Part shown: positions 48,865 through 59,228 of the stretch, piece by piece
Layout: the number at the start of each line of letters is the position of its first letter
How positions within the stretch are numbered: the stretch's first letter is position 1
The notes under the pieces: generated by a model
What the model was told of the DNA's origin: nothing
The model's database searches: none
The model's input: the letters and a program-made list of their open reading frames with translations, nothing else
Position numbers and translations under genes: made by a program
Origin: Leucobacter sp.
GTDB taxonomy: Bacteria; Actinomycetota; Actinomycetes; Actinomycetales; Microbacteriaceae
Direction of reading: 5' to 3'
DNA: 64,000 bases
Assembly (NCBI GenBank): GCA_052094845.1
Contig: JBQDKK010000001.1
Coordinates: 163,386 to 227,385 of the forward strand

Positions 48865-49797
48865 CTACGCTGCGGGGGCGTTCTCGATGACGATCGGCGC
48901 GTCGCCCGGGTTCGCCCACACGGGAGCCGGAAGGGTAACGCCGGTCGCACCGCCCTGGATCTCCTTGAGCGCAGCCTCAATTTCAGACGCGTTCTCCGGG
49001 ACATTCAGGCCGCACTTCTGCAGCTCGCTCGCGAACTTCAGGGTGAGGCGCTGCTTGCCTGCTTCGACAGCCTCTGCGGTCGTGCCGGTGCGCTTCTCGC
49101 TGCCGGTCTGAATGTCGGAGACGTTCTCGCACACGTGGTAGACGGAGCCGCCGTCGACCCACACGACCTCGTCTTGCCCGAGCAGCTGAATCACGGTCGA
49201 CTGGTCGGCGGTGTACTTCTCGACCGACGCAGGGTTGTAGTCGATGCCGAGCGCGGTTGCGGCGAGCGCGAGCACGATGCCGATCGCGCCGGCGATGCCC
49301 TTCTGCTTTCCGTCCATGTCCTTATTCGTGAAGATGAGGATGATGAGCGGGAGGAAAGCGATGATCGAGATGATCGCGCCGAGCTGGTTCTGCACGAAGA
49401 ACTTCACGGTCTCGGACTGACGTGCGGGGTCGAGACGGTTCGCCTTCTTCCACAGCATCGAGCCGGTGATCGCGAGAGCGGCGATCACCACGAGCGCGAT
49501 GATCAGCGTGATAAACGCCCACTGCGGGAACACCGCGGTCGCGTTCTGCTGCTCAAGCAGGCCGGTGTCTTCGTTACGGACGAGGGTGCCGTCCTCGCCA
49601 ACGAACTCGCGCTGACGAAGCAGCCAGAAGATCGAGACGGCCTCGAGCGCGATCGCGAGAGCCCACAGAGCCACTGCGATCCAACGGAAGCGGGTTGCCT
49701 TCGTCTTGGCTGACGCCGTCGGGCTCCACGAGGCGTCTGCGGTGGGTTCTGCTGACGCCGCGGCCTTGCCGGACGCATTCTTCTTGGGTTCAACCAC
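48865..49797 (-). CDS. Conserved hypothetical membrane protein with C-terminal soluble domain
   Basis: Four hydrophobic segments (FFVQNQLGAIISIIAFLPLIILIFTNKD), then VYHVC...CGL; host-like codon usage; own terminator at 48811-48850. Confidence 0.8.
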   Translation of the reverse strand: MVEPKKNASGKAAASAEPTADASWSPTASAKTKATRFRWIAVALWALAIALEAVSIFWLLRQREFVGEDGTLVRNEDTGLLEQQNATAVFPQWAFITLIIALVVIAALAITGSMLWKKANRLDPARQSETVKFFVQNQLGAIISIIAFLPLIILIFTNKDMDGKQKGIAGAIGIVLALAATALGIDYNPASVEKYTADQSTVIQLLGQDEVVWVDGGSVYHVCENVSDIQTGSEKRTGTTAEAVEAGKQRLTLKFASELQKCGLNVPENASEIEAALKEIQGGATGVTLPAPVWANPGDAPIVIENAPAA

Positions 49798-49918
49798 GGT
49801 GCTGTTATTCCTTTGTAGGCATTTCTATGAAATCGCTTTAAGTGTAGCTGTCGTTGGGCAACGCGCTGGTGACGATTTTGCAACGGGGAGAAATGTGCGA
49901 AATGTTGTTGCGCATTCC

Positions 49919-49950
49919 TGTCAGAGATGTCAGAATAATTTCGCTGACAT
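49919..49950. promoter_or_regulatory. Candidate GntR operator upstream of the amino-acid ABC operon
   Basis: ATGTCAG-n10-CTGACAT plus an extra TGTCAG direct repeat in an AT-rich spacer. Confidence 0.55.
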
Positions 49951-49997
49951 TTCACATAAATTTGGGTGGGGCTACCCTCCCTGACTAGCAAGGATCA

Positions 49998-50879
49998 ATG
50001 ATGATTAACGCTCTCACGCGCGTCGGTGGCGCAGCCCTCGTCGCCTCAGCTCTCTTCCTCACCGCTGGTTGCAGCTCGACCGAGGCGCCAACCGATTCAG
50101 GGGCCGCCGGCCATAACTTCGGAGACTGCGACATCACCGAAAACCCCACGGTGCACGAGCTCACTCCGCTCAAGTCAGGCGCACTTACCGTCGCAGCGTC
50201 ACTTCCGTACCCGGCGGGCTATCGCGGGAACACGCTCGAAGACGTCGACGGGGGCTACATGTACTGCCTCGTTGCCGAGATCGCGAACCGCGCGGGCCTT
50301 GAGCGCGTCGAGCTCGTGAACGCCCCCTTCGAAGCGCTCGTCACTGCGAAAGCCTCCAATTTCGACATGGCTGTGTGGGACATCATCGTCACACCTGAGC
50401 GCGAGAGCGTTGTCGATTTCTCTACCCCGTACAACACCTACCAGACGGGCGTGCTCGTGCGTGCAGGGAGTGACCTCACCGAAGCATCGATCAAGGACTC
50501 CGTGGTGGGCGTGCTCGCCGGCTCACGGCAGCAGTCGCTCGTCGATGATCAGCTGCACCCCAAGGAAGTACGCGTGTTCAACTCGAACGACGACCTGTTC
50601 AATGCCCTGCTCGCGAAGCAGCTTGACGTCGCGCTCAACGACACCGCGACCGTGATGCCGCGCGCCGCTGCCTCCGACGGCAAGCTTGAGGTCATCGCGC
50701 AATACGAGGTCGGCGGAGACGTCGCAGCGCTGTTCCCCAAAGGCTCACCGAACCTCGCACCCACTGACGAGATTCTCGCTGATATGCGCGAGGACGGCAC
50801 CCTCGACAAGATTATGAGCCGGTGGCTGAACGAGATCCTCGGTGGCGACCCCACGGCCCTGCCGGTCTGGGTGGCCTAG
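49998..50879 (+). CDS. Polar amino-acid ABC substrate-binding lipoprotein (SBP family 3)
   Basis: LTAGC lipobox; DFSTPY, VGVLAGS, DGTLDKIMSRW. Confidence 0.9.
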   Translation: MMINALTRVGGAALVASALFLTAGCSSTEAPTDSGAAGHNFGDCDITENPTVHELTPLKSGALTVAASLPYPAGYRGNTLEDVDGGYMYCLVAEIANRAGLERVELVNAPFEALVTAKASNFDMAVWDIIVTPERESVVDFSTPYNTYQTGVLVRAGSDLTEASIKDSVVGVLAGSRQQSLVDDQLHPKEVRVFNSNDDLFNALLAKQLDVALNDTATVMPRAAASDGKLEVIAQYEVGGDVAALFPKGSPNLAPTDEILADMREDGTLDKIMSRWLNEILGGDPTALPVWVA

Positions 50880-50909
50880 CCCCGAGAATTCGAGAGGAAA
50901 CGTACACCT

Positions 50910-51989
50910 ATGTTTACAGAAGAACTCTCAACGGTCGACGGGACGCCGACCCCGGCAGAGCCGATGGCGACGAAGCACTACCGAAGCGGGGCCGTGATTC
51001 TCGCGGCGCTCACTATCGGAGTCTGTGCGATGTTTATCGCCGAGCTGCTGCCAGCCAACACGCTCGCGCTTGTCGGCCTCGGAATGCTCGTGCCGGCCCT
51101 AATCATCGGCGTGCCCCTTGGCCGGGCGTTCGTCGCTGCGAATGAGTCGAGCACCCAGTGGCGCGCGCACAATCCGGTGGGGGCCCGCGTCGCGGCCTCC
51201 CGCTCTCGCGATCACTCGATCACGGCGATCGGCGTCTCCGGTGCCCTCGCGGTCATCGGGGTCATCGGCTGGGTGATCTTCGTGAATGGGGGAGCCGTCC
51301 AGCAAACCTTCTTCAACGTTGAATTCATGTTCAAGGGGCTCGGTGACATCTTCAAGGCGCTCCTCGTCAACGTGCAGATTGCCGTGGGCGCGCAGATCCT
51401 CGCAATGGTCTTCGGGCTGTTGTTGGCTGTCGGGCGTCTGCTCCCGGGAAAGGGCTTCGCCCCGATCCGCGCCCTCTGTATCACGTACATCGATGTGTTC
51501 CGCGGCATCCCGTCCGTCGTGCTCATCTATCTGGTGTGCTTCGGGTTGCCGCTCACAGAAGTACCGGTGCTCAGCGAGGGCAGCCTCGTGGTGTACGCAA
51601 TCGTTGCCCTCTCCATCACCTACAGCGCCTACAACGCTGAGCTGTACCGAGCGGGCCTTGAATCGATCAACCCTGACCAGAACGCCGCGGCGGTATCGCT
51701 CGGTCTCACCCCCGGGGACGTTATGCGCTTCGTGATGGTGCCGCAGATGTTCCGCAACATCGCGGCGCCGATGCTCAGCCAGTTCATCGGGTTGCAGAAG
51801 GACACGGCGCTCGTCATCGTCGTCGGCATCATTGACGCCTTCAGCCAGGCGAAGATCTACGCGGCGAACGATTTCAACCTGTCGGCGGTGACCGCGGTGT
51901 GCTTCGTCTTCGTGCTCATCACTATCCCGCAGACCAGATTCGTTGACTACCTGCTCGCGCGGACAAGCGTGAGCCGGAAGGGGAAGTAG
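50910..51989 (+). CDS. Amino-acid ABC permease with extra N-terminal TM segments
   Basis: YIDVFRGIP, SAYNAELYRAGLESI..DQ.AAA.SLG, KDTAL. Confidence 0.9.
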   Translation: MFTEELSTVDGTPTPAEPMATKHYRSGAVILAALTIGVCAMFIAELLPANTLALVGLGMLVPALIIGVPLGRAFVAANESSTQWRAHNPVGARVAASRSRDHSITAIGVSGALAVIGVIGWVIFVNGGAVQQTFFNVEFMFKGLGDIFKALLVNVQIAVGAQILAMVFGLLLAVGRLLPGKGFAPIRALCITYIDVFRGIPSVVLIYLVCFGLPLTEVPVLSEGSLVVYAIVALSITYSAYNAELYRAGLESINPDQNAAAVSLGLTPGDVMRFVMVPQMFRNIAAPMLSQFIGLQKDTALVIVVGIIDAFSQAKIYAANDFNLSAVTAVCFVFVLITIPQTRFVDYLLARTSVSRKGK

Positions 51990-51991
51990 CC

Positions 51992-52738
51992 ATGCAGCCG
52001 TTTATCGAACTCTCCGACGTCGTCAAGCGCTACGGCGAGAACGAGGTGCTCAAAGGAATCGACCTCGAGGTCGACCGTCACGAGGTCGTCACTCTGATTG
52101 GTGCCTCAGGGTCGGGTAAATCTACAATGCTGCGTTGCGTCAACGGGCTAGAGACGATTCAGGGTGGGCAGATCGCGCTCGAAGGAGATGTGATCTCCGG
52201 TGAGGGCGTCGACCTCGTTGCGCTGAGGCGCAAGGTGGGGATGGTGTTTCAAAGCTACAACCTCTTTCCGCACCTCTCTGTGCTGCAAAACTGCACCCTG
52301 TCGCCCGTGCGCGCCAAGGTCATGGGGAAGCGAGACGCCGAACAAGCCGCGCGCGACATGCTTGCCCGCGTCGGCCTGAAAGACAAAGCCGACGCATACC
52401 CTACGCAACTGTCGGGCGGCCAGCAGCAACGCGTCGCGATAGCCCGCGCCATGCTCATGCGCCCGCGTCTCATGCTGCTCGATGAGATCACGTCAGCGCT
52501 CGACCCCGAACTCGTCGTTGAAGTGCTGAACCTCGTCCGTGAACTCGCAACCGACGGGATGACGATGATGATGACGACTCACGAGATGCCGTTCGCGCGA
52601 GAGATCTCGTCAAAGATCTGTTTCCTGCACCAGGGAAGGATCCTCGAACAGGGGCCGCCCGCTGCAATCTTTGGCAACCCGCAGACCCCGGAGCTCATCG
52701 CGTTCCTCAGCAAGCTGCACGAGGCCGGCCGCGACTAG
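51992..52738 (+). CDS. Amino-acid ABC ATP-binding protein
   Basis: [37 protein letters not shown]. Confidence 0.93.
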   Translation: MQPFIELSDVVKRYGENEVLKGIDLEVDRHEVVTLIGASGSGKSTMLRCVNGLETIQGGQIALEGDVISGEGVDLVALRRKVGMVFQSYNLFPHLSVLQNCTLSPVRAKVMGKRDAEQAARDMLARVGLKDKADAYPTQLSGGQQQRVAIARAMLMRPRLMLLDEITSALDPELVVEVLNLVRELATDGMTMMMTTHEMPFAREISSKICFLHQGRILEQGPPAAIFGNPQTPELIAFLSKLHEAGRD

Positions 52739-52778
52739 TGCCCGCCCACACAACAACCATTCACAGGAGCCACACACT

Positions 52779-53522
52779 ATGAAGACCAACTACGACCCGA
52801 ACAGCTTCTTCGACTTCCTCGGCTACCCGAGTGGGGACACCCCCTACACGAGCCCCGACCTTCGCACCCTCTCGGTCTACTGCCGGGGGAACCGTGCGAA
52901 CCTCGAAAAGTTGCTCGAAGCCACCCCGTTCGAACTCACCGACGATCGGTTTGTCGTGCAGATCGCCGACTTCACGAACTCGAGTGTCGGCGCATTCTAC
53001 GACTCGGGCATCGTCCTCCCCGTCCGCTATGGCGACACCGTCGGCGCGAACTACACCTTTGAGTGGGAAGACCAGCCGTGGAGCATCCTGCTCGGCAGGG
53101 AAGTGTGGGGTTACCCAAAACAGTGGGGCAAGATCGTGCTGAATGATGCTCCGGAACGGGTGGCGGGCGAGGTAACCCGTGAGGGGGAGCTGCAGTTCGC
53201 GATCAGCATGACGCCGAACGAATCAGCGACGAATGCCGCCTGGGAAGACATGCACATCTACCCGCACCTGCAGGTGCACTACCTGCCCAAAGCGAACGAG
53301 CGTGGTTTCGAGACCTTCGAAATCGTGTCGCGCGACACGTCAAAGGATTTCGAACTCCACTCAAAGGTGTTCGGTGCCGCTGAGGTCGAGCTCGGCGCTT
53401 CCGTGAGTATTGGCGGTGTCGCACTTGAGATCGCTGAGGTACTCGGCGGCGAATACTCCGTCGGTTACTACAATTGCAGCACGGAACACGGCCGGTCAGA
53501 GGTGATCGACTCGCTTGTGTAG
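52779..53522 (+). CDS. Acetoacetate decarboxylase-like (ADC superfamily) protein
   Basis: GREVWGYPK Schiff-base Lys motif; FYDSGIVLPVRY; RBS aggag. Confidence 0.85.
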   Translation: MKTNYDPNSFFDFLGYPSGDTPYTSPDLRTLSVYCRGNRANLEKLLEATPFELTDDRFVVQIADFTNSSVGAFYDSGIVLPVRYGDTVGANYTFEWEDQPWSILLGREVWGYPKQWGKIVLNDAPERVAGEVTREGELQFAISMTPNESATNAAWEDMHIYPHLQVHYLPKANERGFETFEIVSRDTSKDFELHSKVFGAAEVELGASVSIGGVALEIAEVLGGEYSVGYYNCSTEHGRSEVIDSLV

Positions 53523-53595
53523 TTCGGCCCGCAAGCCCCGCCCGATAGCCTGGCGGGGCGCAGCCTCTCCGACAGAAAGAACATAGGAACCCACC

Positions 53596-54291
53596 GTGTC
53601 AGCCCGTCCCGAAAGCCAGAGCAGCCGTGGCCCGCTCTCGGCTCAACCGAGTGCCTCCGCGATGCTTGGTGACCAGGTCTACAGCGCCCTCGTCGACCAG
53701 ATCGTGCGCCTCGACCTGTTGCCAGGCACCAAGCTCAGTGAGAGCGAACTTGCCTCCCAGCTCGGCGTCGGCCTCGCACCCGTACGGGCTGCCGTACGCA
53801 GGCTTGAATCCGAAAAACTCGTCGTTATCGTGCCGCGCTCGGGTACTGTTGTGCAGCCCATCAACCTGCGAATGTCTCGCTCGATCCTTGAGGCGCGCCT
53901 GCCGCTTGAAGACCTCGCGGCGCGGCTCGCGGTGCGTCGCGGCACACGCAAGGAGAAGGAGCGGCTGCTTGACATTGCTGTGAAACAGCGCGACTCCGAG
54001 CGGCTCGACGACAAGCTCGACCTCGACGTTCTCTTCCACTCGACCGTGTATGAGCTCACGCGCAACGAGTTCCTCATCCCGACGCTCCGGATGTACCTGA
54101 ACCACTCACTGCGCCTCTGGCACTACGTGTCCCGCATCCTTGAGTCCGAAAACTGGACCACCGTTGACAGCGTCGCGATGGCCGAGTCGATGCTTGCGGG
54201 GGACGAAGATCAGGCGGCTGCGAAACTCACTGAGCACGTGGGGCATGACGGCCAAGAGATCATCAATCTGCTTGGGGAGCACGGGCTGTGA
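53596..54291 (+). CDS. GntR (FadR/FCD) family regulator
   Basis: PGTKLSESELASQLGVGLAPVRAA..RLE, PRSG; FH...Y.LTRN FCD domain. Confidence 0.92.
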   Translation: MSARPESQSSRGPLSAQPSASAMLGDQVYSALVDQIVRLDLLPGTKLSESELASQLGVGLAPVRAAVRRLESEKLVVIVPRSGTVVQPINLRMSRSILEARLPLEDLAARLAVRRGTRKEKERLLDIAVKQRDSERLDDKLDLDVLFHSTVYELTRNEFLIPTLRMYLNHSLRLWHYVSRILESENWTTVDSVAMAESMLAGDEDQAAAKLTEHVGHDGQEIINLLGEHGL

Positions 54292-55085
54292 GCGCGGCGA
54301 AACCAGGCGCACGAGAGGCCGGGCCGTTCTCGCTTGTCGGCGAGACGGCCCTCGTGACCGGCGGAGCGGGGGGTCTCGGACTGGCGCAGGCCCAAGCCCT
54401 TGCCCGTGCAGGTGCGACGATCATACTCGCCGACCTTCGCGACGACATCGTTGAGAACGGGGTCGCCGCGCTCGCCGCAGAGGGGGTCGTGGCTCATGGG
54501 GTCGAGCTCGACGTCACAGACTCCGCGAGCGTCACCGCGGCATTCGCCGACATCGAGGCCCGCGGCATCGCCCCGACAATCCTCATAAACAACGCCGGGG
54601 TCTCGCTTCGAAACGCGGCAATCGACGCAACCGAACACGAGTTCGACGTCACATTCGGCGTGAACGTGAAGGGAACATTTCTCGTCGCGCAGGCGGCCGC
54701 ACGTCTCATGCGTGAGCGGGGCGGCGGAACGATCGTCAACCTCGCCTCGATCGGCGGACACGTCGTCGATGGCCCTCGTTCGTCGGTGTACGACGCATCT
54801 AAAGCGGCCGTGGTGCAACTCACGAAGAACCTCGCCTACGAATGGGCGCCGTTCGGAATCCGGGTCAACGGCATTTCTCCCGGTTACATGCGCACTGCGA
54901 TGACGGAGTCACTGCTTCCCGACGTGGCCGAAGAGCAACGGATCATCGACGGGCACATCCCGCTTGGGCGGATCGGGGCGCCGAAGGATCTGGAAGGGAT
55001 CGTCGTATTTCTCTGCTCGCCGGCGGCCTCGTACATTACGGGGCACACCGTGCTCGTCGACGGCGGCTGGCTCGTCTCGTTCTGA
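54288..55085 (+). CDS. SDR family NAD(P)-dependent oxidoreductase
   Basis: TGGAGGLG, NNAG, YDASK (YxxxK), VNGISPG, TGHTVLVDGG. Confidence 0.95.
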   Translation: MSAAKPGAREAGPFSLVGETALVTGGAGGLGLAQAQALARAGATIILADLRDDIVENGVAALAAEGVVAHGVELDVTDSASVTAAFADIEARGIAPTILINNAGVSLRNAAIDATEHEFDVTFGVNVKGTFLVAQAAARLMRERGGGTIVNLASIGGHVVDGPRSSVYDASKAAVVQLTKNLAYEWAPFGIRVNGISPGYMRTAMTESLLPDVAEEQRIIDGHIPLGRIGAPKDLEGIVVFLCSPAASYITGHTVLVDGGWLVSF

Positions 55086-55142
55086 TGGCCCGGGCGAGGC
55101 TCTCACAGCGGCTGAAGCCTGCGGCTCGGTAAGATTGTGAGC

Positions 55143-55631
55143 ATGCGAACCGGAAGTGGCGAGGAGCGCGAGAGCTCCCTGCAGAGCGGGTGGACGATTC
55201 AGCCCGACCCGAAAACCGTCGAACCGGCCCCGGCCTCAGCGACGCCGAGCACCGAGCCCGCCACCGAGTCTGAAGGCCCAGCTGACAGCAGTGAGCCCAG
55301 CGCCGTGGCGCCCGATGCGCAGCTGAGCAACCTCACCGTCGTGCTCCTTGGGCTCGCGGGCGGCCTGTACCTGCTGTTCGCTCTGGTCTGGCTGAGCTGG
55401 GCGCAGGGCTACTCAGCCGTCAACGCAGCTGTTGCCGCCGGCAGCGGGTCGGTCGGGGGCGTGCTGCAGCAGACCTTCTTCTGGATCGCGCCGCTCGCAC
55501 CGATCCTGTGGTTCTTCTCGGCGCTCGTACTTGCGCGCAAGCGGACCCGGGCGCTCGTCGTTGCGCTCCTGCTCGGCCTCATCGTGACATTCCCCCTCCC
55601 CATGGTCTTTGCGAGCGGAGCTGCACTGTGA
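55143..55631 (+). CDS. Hypothetical membrane protein
   Basis: Low-complexity N-terminus then three TM helices; TAAGAT -10 seven nt before ATG 55143. Confidence 0.7.
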   Translation: MRTGSGEERESSLQSGWTIQPDPKTVEPAPASATPSTEPATESEGPADSSEPSAVAPDAQLSNLTVVLLGLAGGLYLLFALVWLSWAQGYSAVNAAVAAGSGSVGGVLQQTFFWIAPLAPILWFFSALVLARKRTRALVVALLLGLIVTFPLPMVFASGAAL

Positions 55632-55924
55632 ACGCGAAGCTGATTTCGGCCTGGGTCGCCGGCGTACTGATCCTTGCCCTCTACGCATACGGCGTGGTTG
55701 CGGCCATCGGCAACCTTATGGGCATGTCGACGTTCCTCGGCGAGGCGCTTGGGCCGCTGCCGTGGGCACTGCTTGGCATCGCGATCTTCGTGCCGATCGG
55801 CGCCATCATTGTGTCGCTCATCGTCGCTCGCGGCCGTACCGCGTGGGTGCGGGTGCTGCTGCTCGCAACTGGGCTCTGCGTGACTGCTGCCGTGCAGCTC
55901 GAGATCATGCACCTCATGTCGTAA
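55628..55924 (+). CDS. Small hydrophobic membrane protein
   Basis: GTGA-coupled; MNAKLISAWVAGVLILALYAY... three TM helices. Confidence 0.7.
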   Translation: MNAKLISAWVAGVLILALYAYGVVAAIGNLMGMSTFLGEALGPLPWALLGIAIFVPIGAIIVSLIVARGRTAWVRVLLLATGLCVTAAVQLEIMHLMS

Positions 55925-56048
55925 CCACGCTGAGCAATAGCCACACGACCGCCCGTCGCGTCACACCGCGCTGCCGGGGCGCTCGTCCAACGCAGTCGCC
56001 CTCCGATACCGCGCGGTACCGGAGGGCGAGAGCTGGGGGAGCCTGGCG

Positions 56049-57164
56049 CTAGCCGCCGTACTCGATGACCGAGCGAATGCCGCGGCCCTTGCGCATCTCG
56101 GCGAATGCTTCATTCACGCCGCTGAGGGGGATGCGGTCAGTCACCATCGAATCGAGGTCGACGCGGCCTTCCATGTAGAGATCAATGATCTTGGGGAAGT
56201 CGATCGACTGGCGGCTCGACCCGTAGTTTGAGCCGATGAGACGCTTCTCCTGGTCGCTCATCACGAACGGGTCGATCGAGATCTTCACGCCGTCCGCGAC
56301 CTGGCCCACGACAACGGCAGTGCCGCCTCGGCGAATCGCCTCGTAGCAGGCCTCGATCGTAAACGGCAGGCCGATCGCCTCGAACGCGTAGTCGACGCCG
56401 CGTCCGTCGGTGAGCGCCATGACAGTCTCGACGAGGTCGACCTCGCGGCTGTTGATCACGTGCGTCGCGCCAAACGTGCGCCCAAGCTCGAGCTTTTCAG
56501 CGCTCACGTCTGCGACGATGATCTGCTTGGCCCCGGCCAGCCGGGCGCCCTGTACGACGTTCAGCCCGACGCCGCCGCAGCCGACCACGAGCACGGTGCT
56601 GCCGGGCTCGACCCCCGCGGTGTTGGTGACGGCGCCGATGCCGGTTGTTACGGCGCATCCGACGAGGGCCGCCTGCGCGAGCGGGGCATCACGTCGAATC
56701 TTGATCGCCGCCGAAGCCGGGACCATCGCGTACTCGCCGAAAGAGCCGACCGCGAGAAAGCTCCGCACGTCTTCGTCGCCATCGCGCAGGCGAGGCTTGC
56801 CGTCAAAGAAGACGTGCTGGTAGGCGGTCTCGTTCGCGAGCTGGCAGAGCACGGGGCGGCCCACGACGCAGAACTCGCACTTTTGGCAGGAGGGAGTCCA
56901 CGACAGGATGACGTGGTCGTCGGCCTCGAGCCCGGTGACCTCGGAGCCGACGGACACGACGACGCCCGCGCCCTCGTGTCCGAGCACGAGCGGAGCCGGG
57001 GTCTCCCAGTCGCCGTCGAGCGCGTGCAAGTCGGAGTGGCAGACGCCCGATGCTGCGAGGCGCACAAGCACCTCCTGTGGGCCAGGCTCCGACGGGATCG
57101 TGAGCTCGCGAAGTTCGAGGGGCTCGTTCGGGCCGACGAAGACGGCCGCGTTCATGGTGATCAT
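56049..57164 (-). CDS. Zn-dependent alcohol dehydrogenase (MDR, class III-like)
   Basis: GVCHSD, GHEGAG, CxxCxxC...C structural Zn site, GCAVTTG, GCGGVG. Confidence 0.94.
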   Translation of the reverse strand: MITMNAAVFVGPNEPLELRELTIPSEPGPQEVLVRLAASGVCHSDLHALDGDWETPAPLVLGHEGAGVVVSVGSEVTGLEADDHVILSWTPSCQKCEFCVVGRPVLCQLANETAYQHVFFDGKPRLRDGDEDVRSFLAVGSFGEYAMVPASAAIKIRRDAPLAQAALVGCAVTTGIGAVTNTAGVEPGSTVLVVGCGGVGLNVVQGARLAGAKQIIVADVSAEKLELGRTFGATHVINSREVDLVETVMALTDGRGVDYAFEAIGLPFTIEACYEAIRRGGTAVVVGQVADGVKISIDPFVMSDQEKRLIGSNYGSSRQSIDFPKIIDLYMEGRVDLDSMVTDRIPLSGVNEAFAEMRKGRGIRSVIEYGG

Positions 57165-57183
57165 GGTGATCCTTTCGTGTGAA

Positions 57184-57780
57184 TCAGACGGAAAGTGGAG
57201 ACCAGGTGCGAAGCGCGCGGACGATGTCGAGCAGACGCTCGGGCTCGCCGGCAGGGAATGCCGTGGCCTTGAACACAGGGGGAATAAGTACCCACACGTA
57301 CGAGCCGCCCATCGGGGTGAGCGTGAGTGTGCGCGAGGTGCGCGGGCCCGACACGGTTGCGGCGACGAGATCGACGCCCGTTAGCCGGTCGCCGACGGAG
57401 CCGTGCAGTGCTGCAAGCCTGGCCGCGAGTGCGCCGCCAGCGCCGGGCTGCCCGGCTGAGACGCTGGCCCCGGAGCCCGCCCGCACGAACTGCGGGCCGG
57501 TTCGGGCGCGGTGCGAGAGCTTCAGCCCCGTGGGCACGTCTGACTCGGCGGGGAGGGCGACCGAGAGCGTGAGGTTGTACACGCGGGAGAACACGAAGTT
57601 ACCCCCTTCGTAGCTCAGCGTGACGTCGAAGCCGTCTGGTGTGCGCGCCGTGACCGTGGTCTGGTCGCTCGCGACGACGTCGCCAAACTCTGTTGCGGTT
57701 CTCAGCAGAGCAGCCCGGGCTCGATCAACGATCGGCCCCGAACCGGCGAGCGGGTGCTTGCGCACGCGTGCGTTCGTCAT
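57184..57780 (-). CDS. Hypothetical protein (DUF3156-like)
   Basis: C-terminal TLTPMGGSYVWVLIPP; ATGA-coupled to an APC permease, a context recalled for DUF3156. Confidence 0.55.
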   Translation of the reverse strand: MTNARVRKHPLAGSGPIVDRARAALLRTATEFGDVVASDQTTVTARTPDGFDVTLSYEGGNFVFSRVYNLTLSVALPAESDVPTGLKLSHRARTGPQFVRAGSGASVSAGQPGAGGALAARLAALHGSVGDRLTGVDLVAATVSGPRTSRTLTLTPMGGSYVWVLIPPVFKATAFPAGEPERLLDIVRALRTWSPLSV

Positions 57781-59228
57781 CGAACTTCACCGTCAGTCTC
57801 GCGCTGCAGTGCCGCTGGCGCAGCAAGCGGGGACTCGAAGTCGTCGTCGAGGCTCTCCGACCGCACGACGATGTTGTTCTGCGTGTGCGTGAGGTCGGTC
57901 GGCGTGAAGAGCGGGAGCCGATTGCGCTTCAGCCAGATCACGGCGAACAGCGCGATCGCGCCGAGGATGACGGCGGCGCTCGACCAGATGACGATGCGCT
58001 GGCTCATGTCGGGGACGATGAACACGATGAGGTACACGCACGACGCGATGCCGAGGAGCTGGGGTAGCGGGTAGAACGGCGTCTTGAACGGGCGTCGGGC
58101 GTTCGGGTAGCGCTTGCGGAGCACGATCACGTCGATCTGGGCGATGATGTAGCTGAACAGCCAGGTCGTGCACGCGATGCTGATGAGGTTGAGGATCAGT
58201 TCGATCCCGCCCTTCGCGAACGTCGAGTAGAGCAGCACGGATGCCATGCACGCGGCGGTGACAAGCATGCCGGCCCATGGCACGCGCGTGCGCCGGCTCA
58301 CCCTGGCGAGCCACTTCGGCAGCAGGCCCTCGTTGGCGAGGCCGTAGAGCATGCGCGGAATCGCCGCGAGGTAGGAGTTGCCGGTCGAGAACGATGCGAG
58401 GATGGTGACGACGGTCATGATGACGCCGCCCGTCGCGCCGAAGATCGCGGTCGCGCCGACGACGTGCGGGATCGACGAGCTCGCCATCTCAGCGAGGTCG
58501 GCGAAGCGCGTCGCGCCCCAGCCGAAGAGTACGTCGACGACGAAGATGGTGCAGACGCCAATGATCATCGCGGCCGGAATCGTCTTCCAAGGCTTCTTGA
58601 CCTCTTCTGCGAGCGGGGCGACGAACTCCATGCCGATGTAGAGCCAGATGGCGACCGCGCCCATCGAAGCCAGTGTGCCCCAGTCGGTGTTGAGCACCGG
58701 GTTGTCGACGGGGGTCTGGCTCGTGAAGCCAAACACGCCGGCAAGGCCCATGACCGCGAGGATGCCCATGAGGCCGAAGACGACCGGGATCTGCACGCGC
58801 GCGAAGATGTCGACGCCTGAGATGTTCAGGACGAGCAGGATCGCGAGCAGGATGAACGAGAACGCTGCGGCCGGGAAGCCCGTGAGGCTTTCGAACGAGT
58901 CGCCGGCGACCATGAGCTGGGTGCCGCCGTCCGCTGAGACGAGCACGAGGTATCCGCCGAGCACCGCGAGGATCGCTGGGAGCCTGCCGAGCGCCGGCAG
59001 TGTGTACTCGCCAACCATGCCGCCACCGGGCAACATCGACGCGAGCTCACCGTAGGAGATCGCGACCATCGTGATGATGATCAGGCCGATGAACGCCGGG
59101 ATTGCGAACGCAAGCCCGCCGGTACCGAACCCGTTCCCGAGGGAGACCATCGCGGTACCAGAGACCACGAGTCCTGTTGACGCCGCGTAGGCGGCGCCGA
59201 AGCCGAGACTTCGCTTGAGTTTTGTCAT
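57777..59228 (-). CDS. APC family amine/amino-acid permease
   Basis: SYGELASMLPGGG, WLYIGME...LAEE, IPRMLYGLANEG, RPFKTP; RBS aggag before ATG 59228. Confidence 0.9.
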   Translation of the reverse strand: MTKLKRSLGFGAAYAASTGLVVSGTAMVSLGNGFGTGGLAFAIPAFIGLIIITMVAISYGELASMLPGGGMVGEYTLPALGRLPAILAVLGGYLVLVSADGGTQLMVAGDSFESLTGFPAAAFSFILLAILLVLNISGVDIFARVQIPVVFGLMGILAVMGLAGVFGFTSQTPVDNPVLNTDWGTLASMGAVAIWLYIGMEFVAPLAEEVKKPWKTIPAAMIIGVCTIFVVDVLFGWGATRFADLAEMASSSIPHVVGATAIFGATGGVIMTVVTILASFSTGNSYLAAIPRMLYGLANEGLLPKWLARVSRRTRVPWAGMLVTAACMASVLLYSTFAKGGIELILNLISIACTTWLFSYIIAQIDVIVLRKRYPNARRPFKTPFYPLPQLLGIASCVYLIVFIVPDMSQRIVIWSSAAVILGAIALFAVIWLKRNRLPLFTPTDLTHTQNNIVVRSESLDDDFESPLAAPAALQRETDGEVR

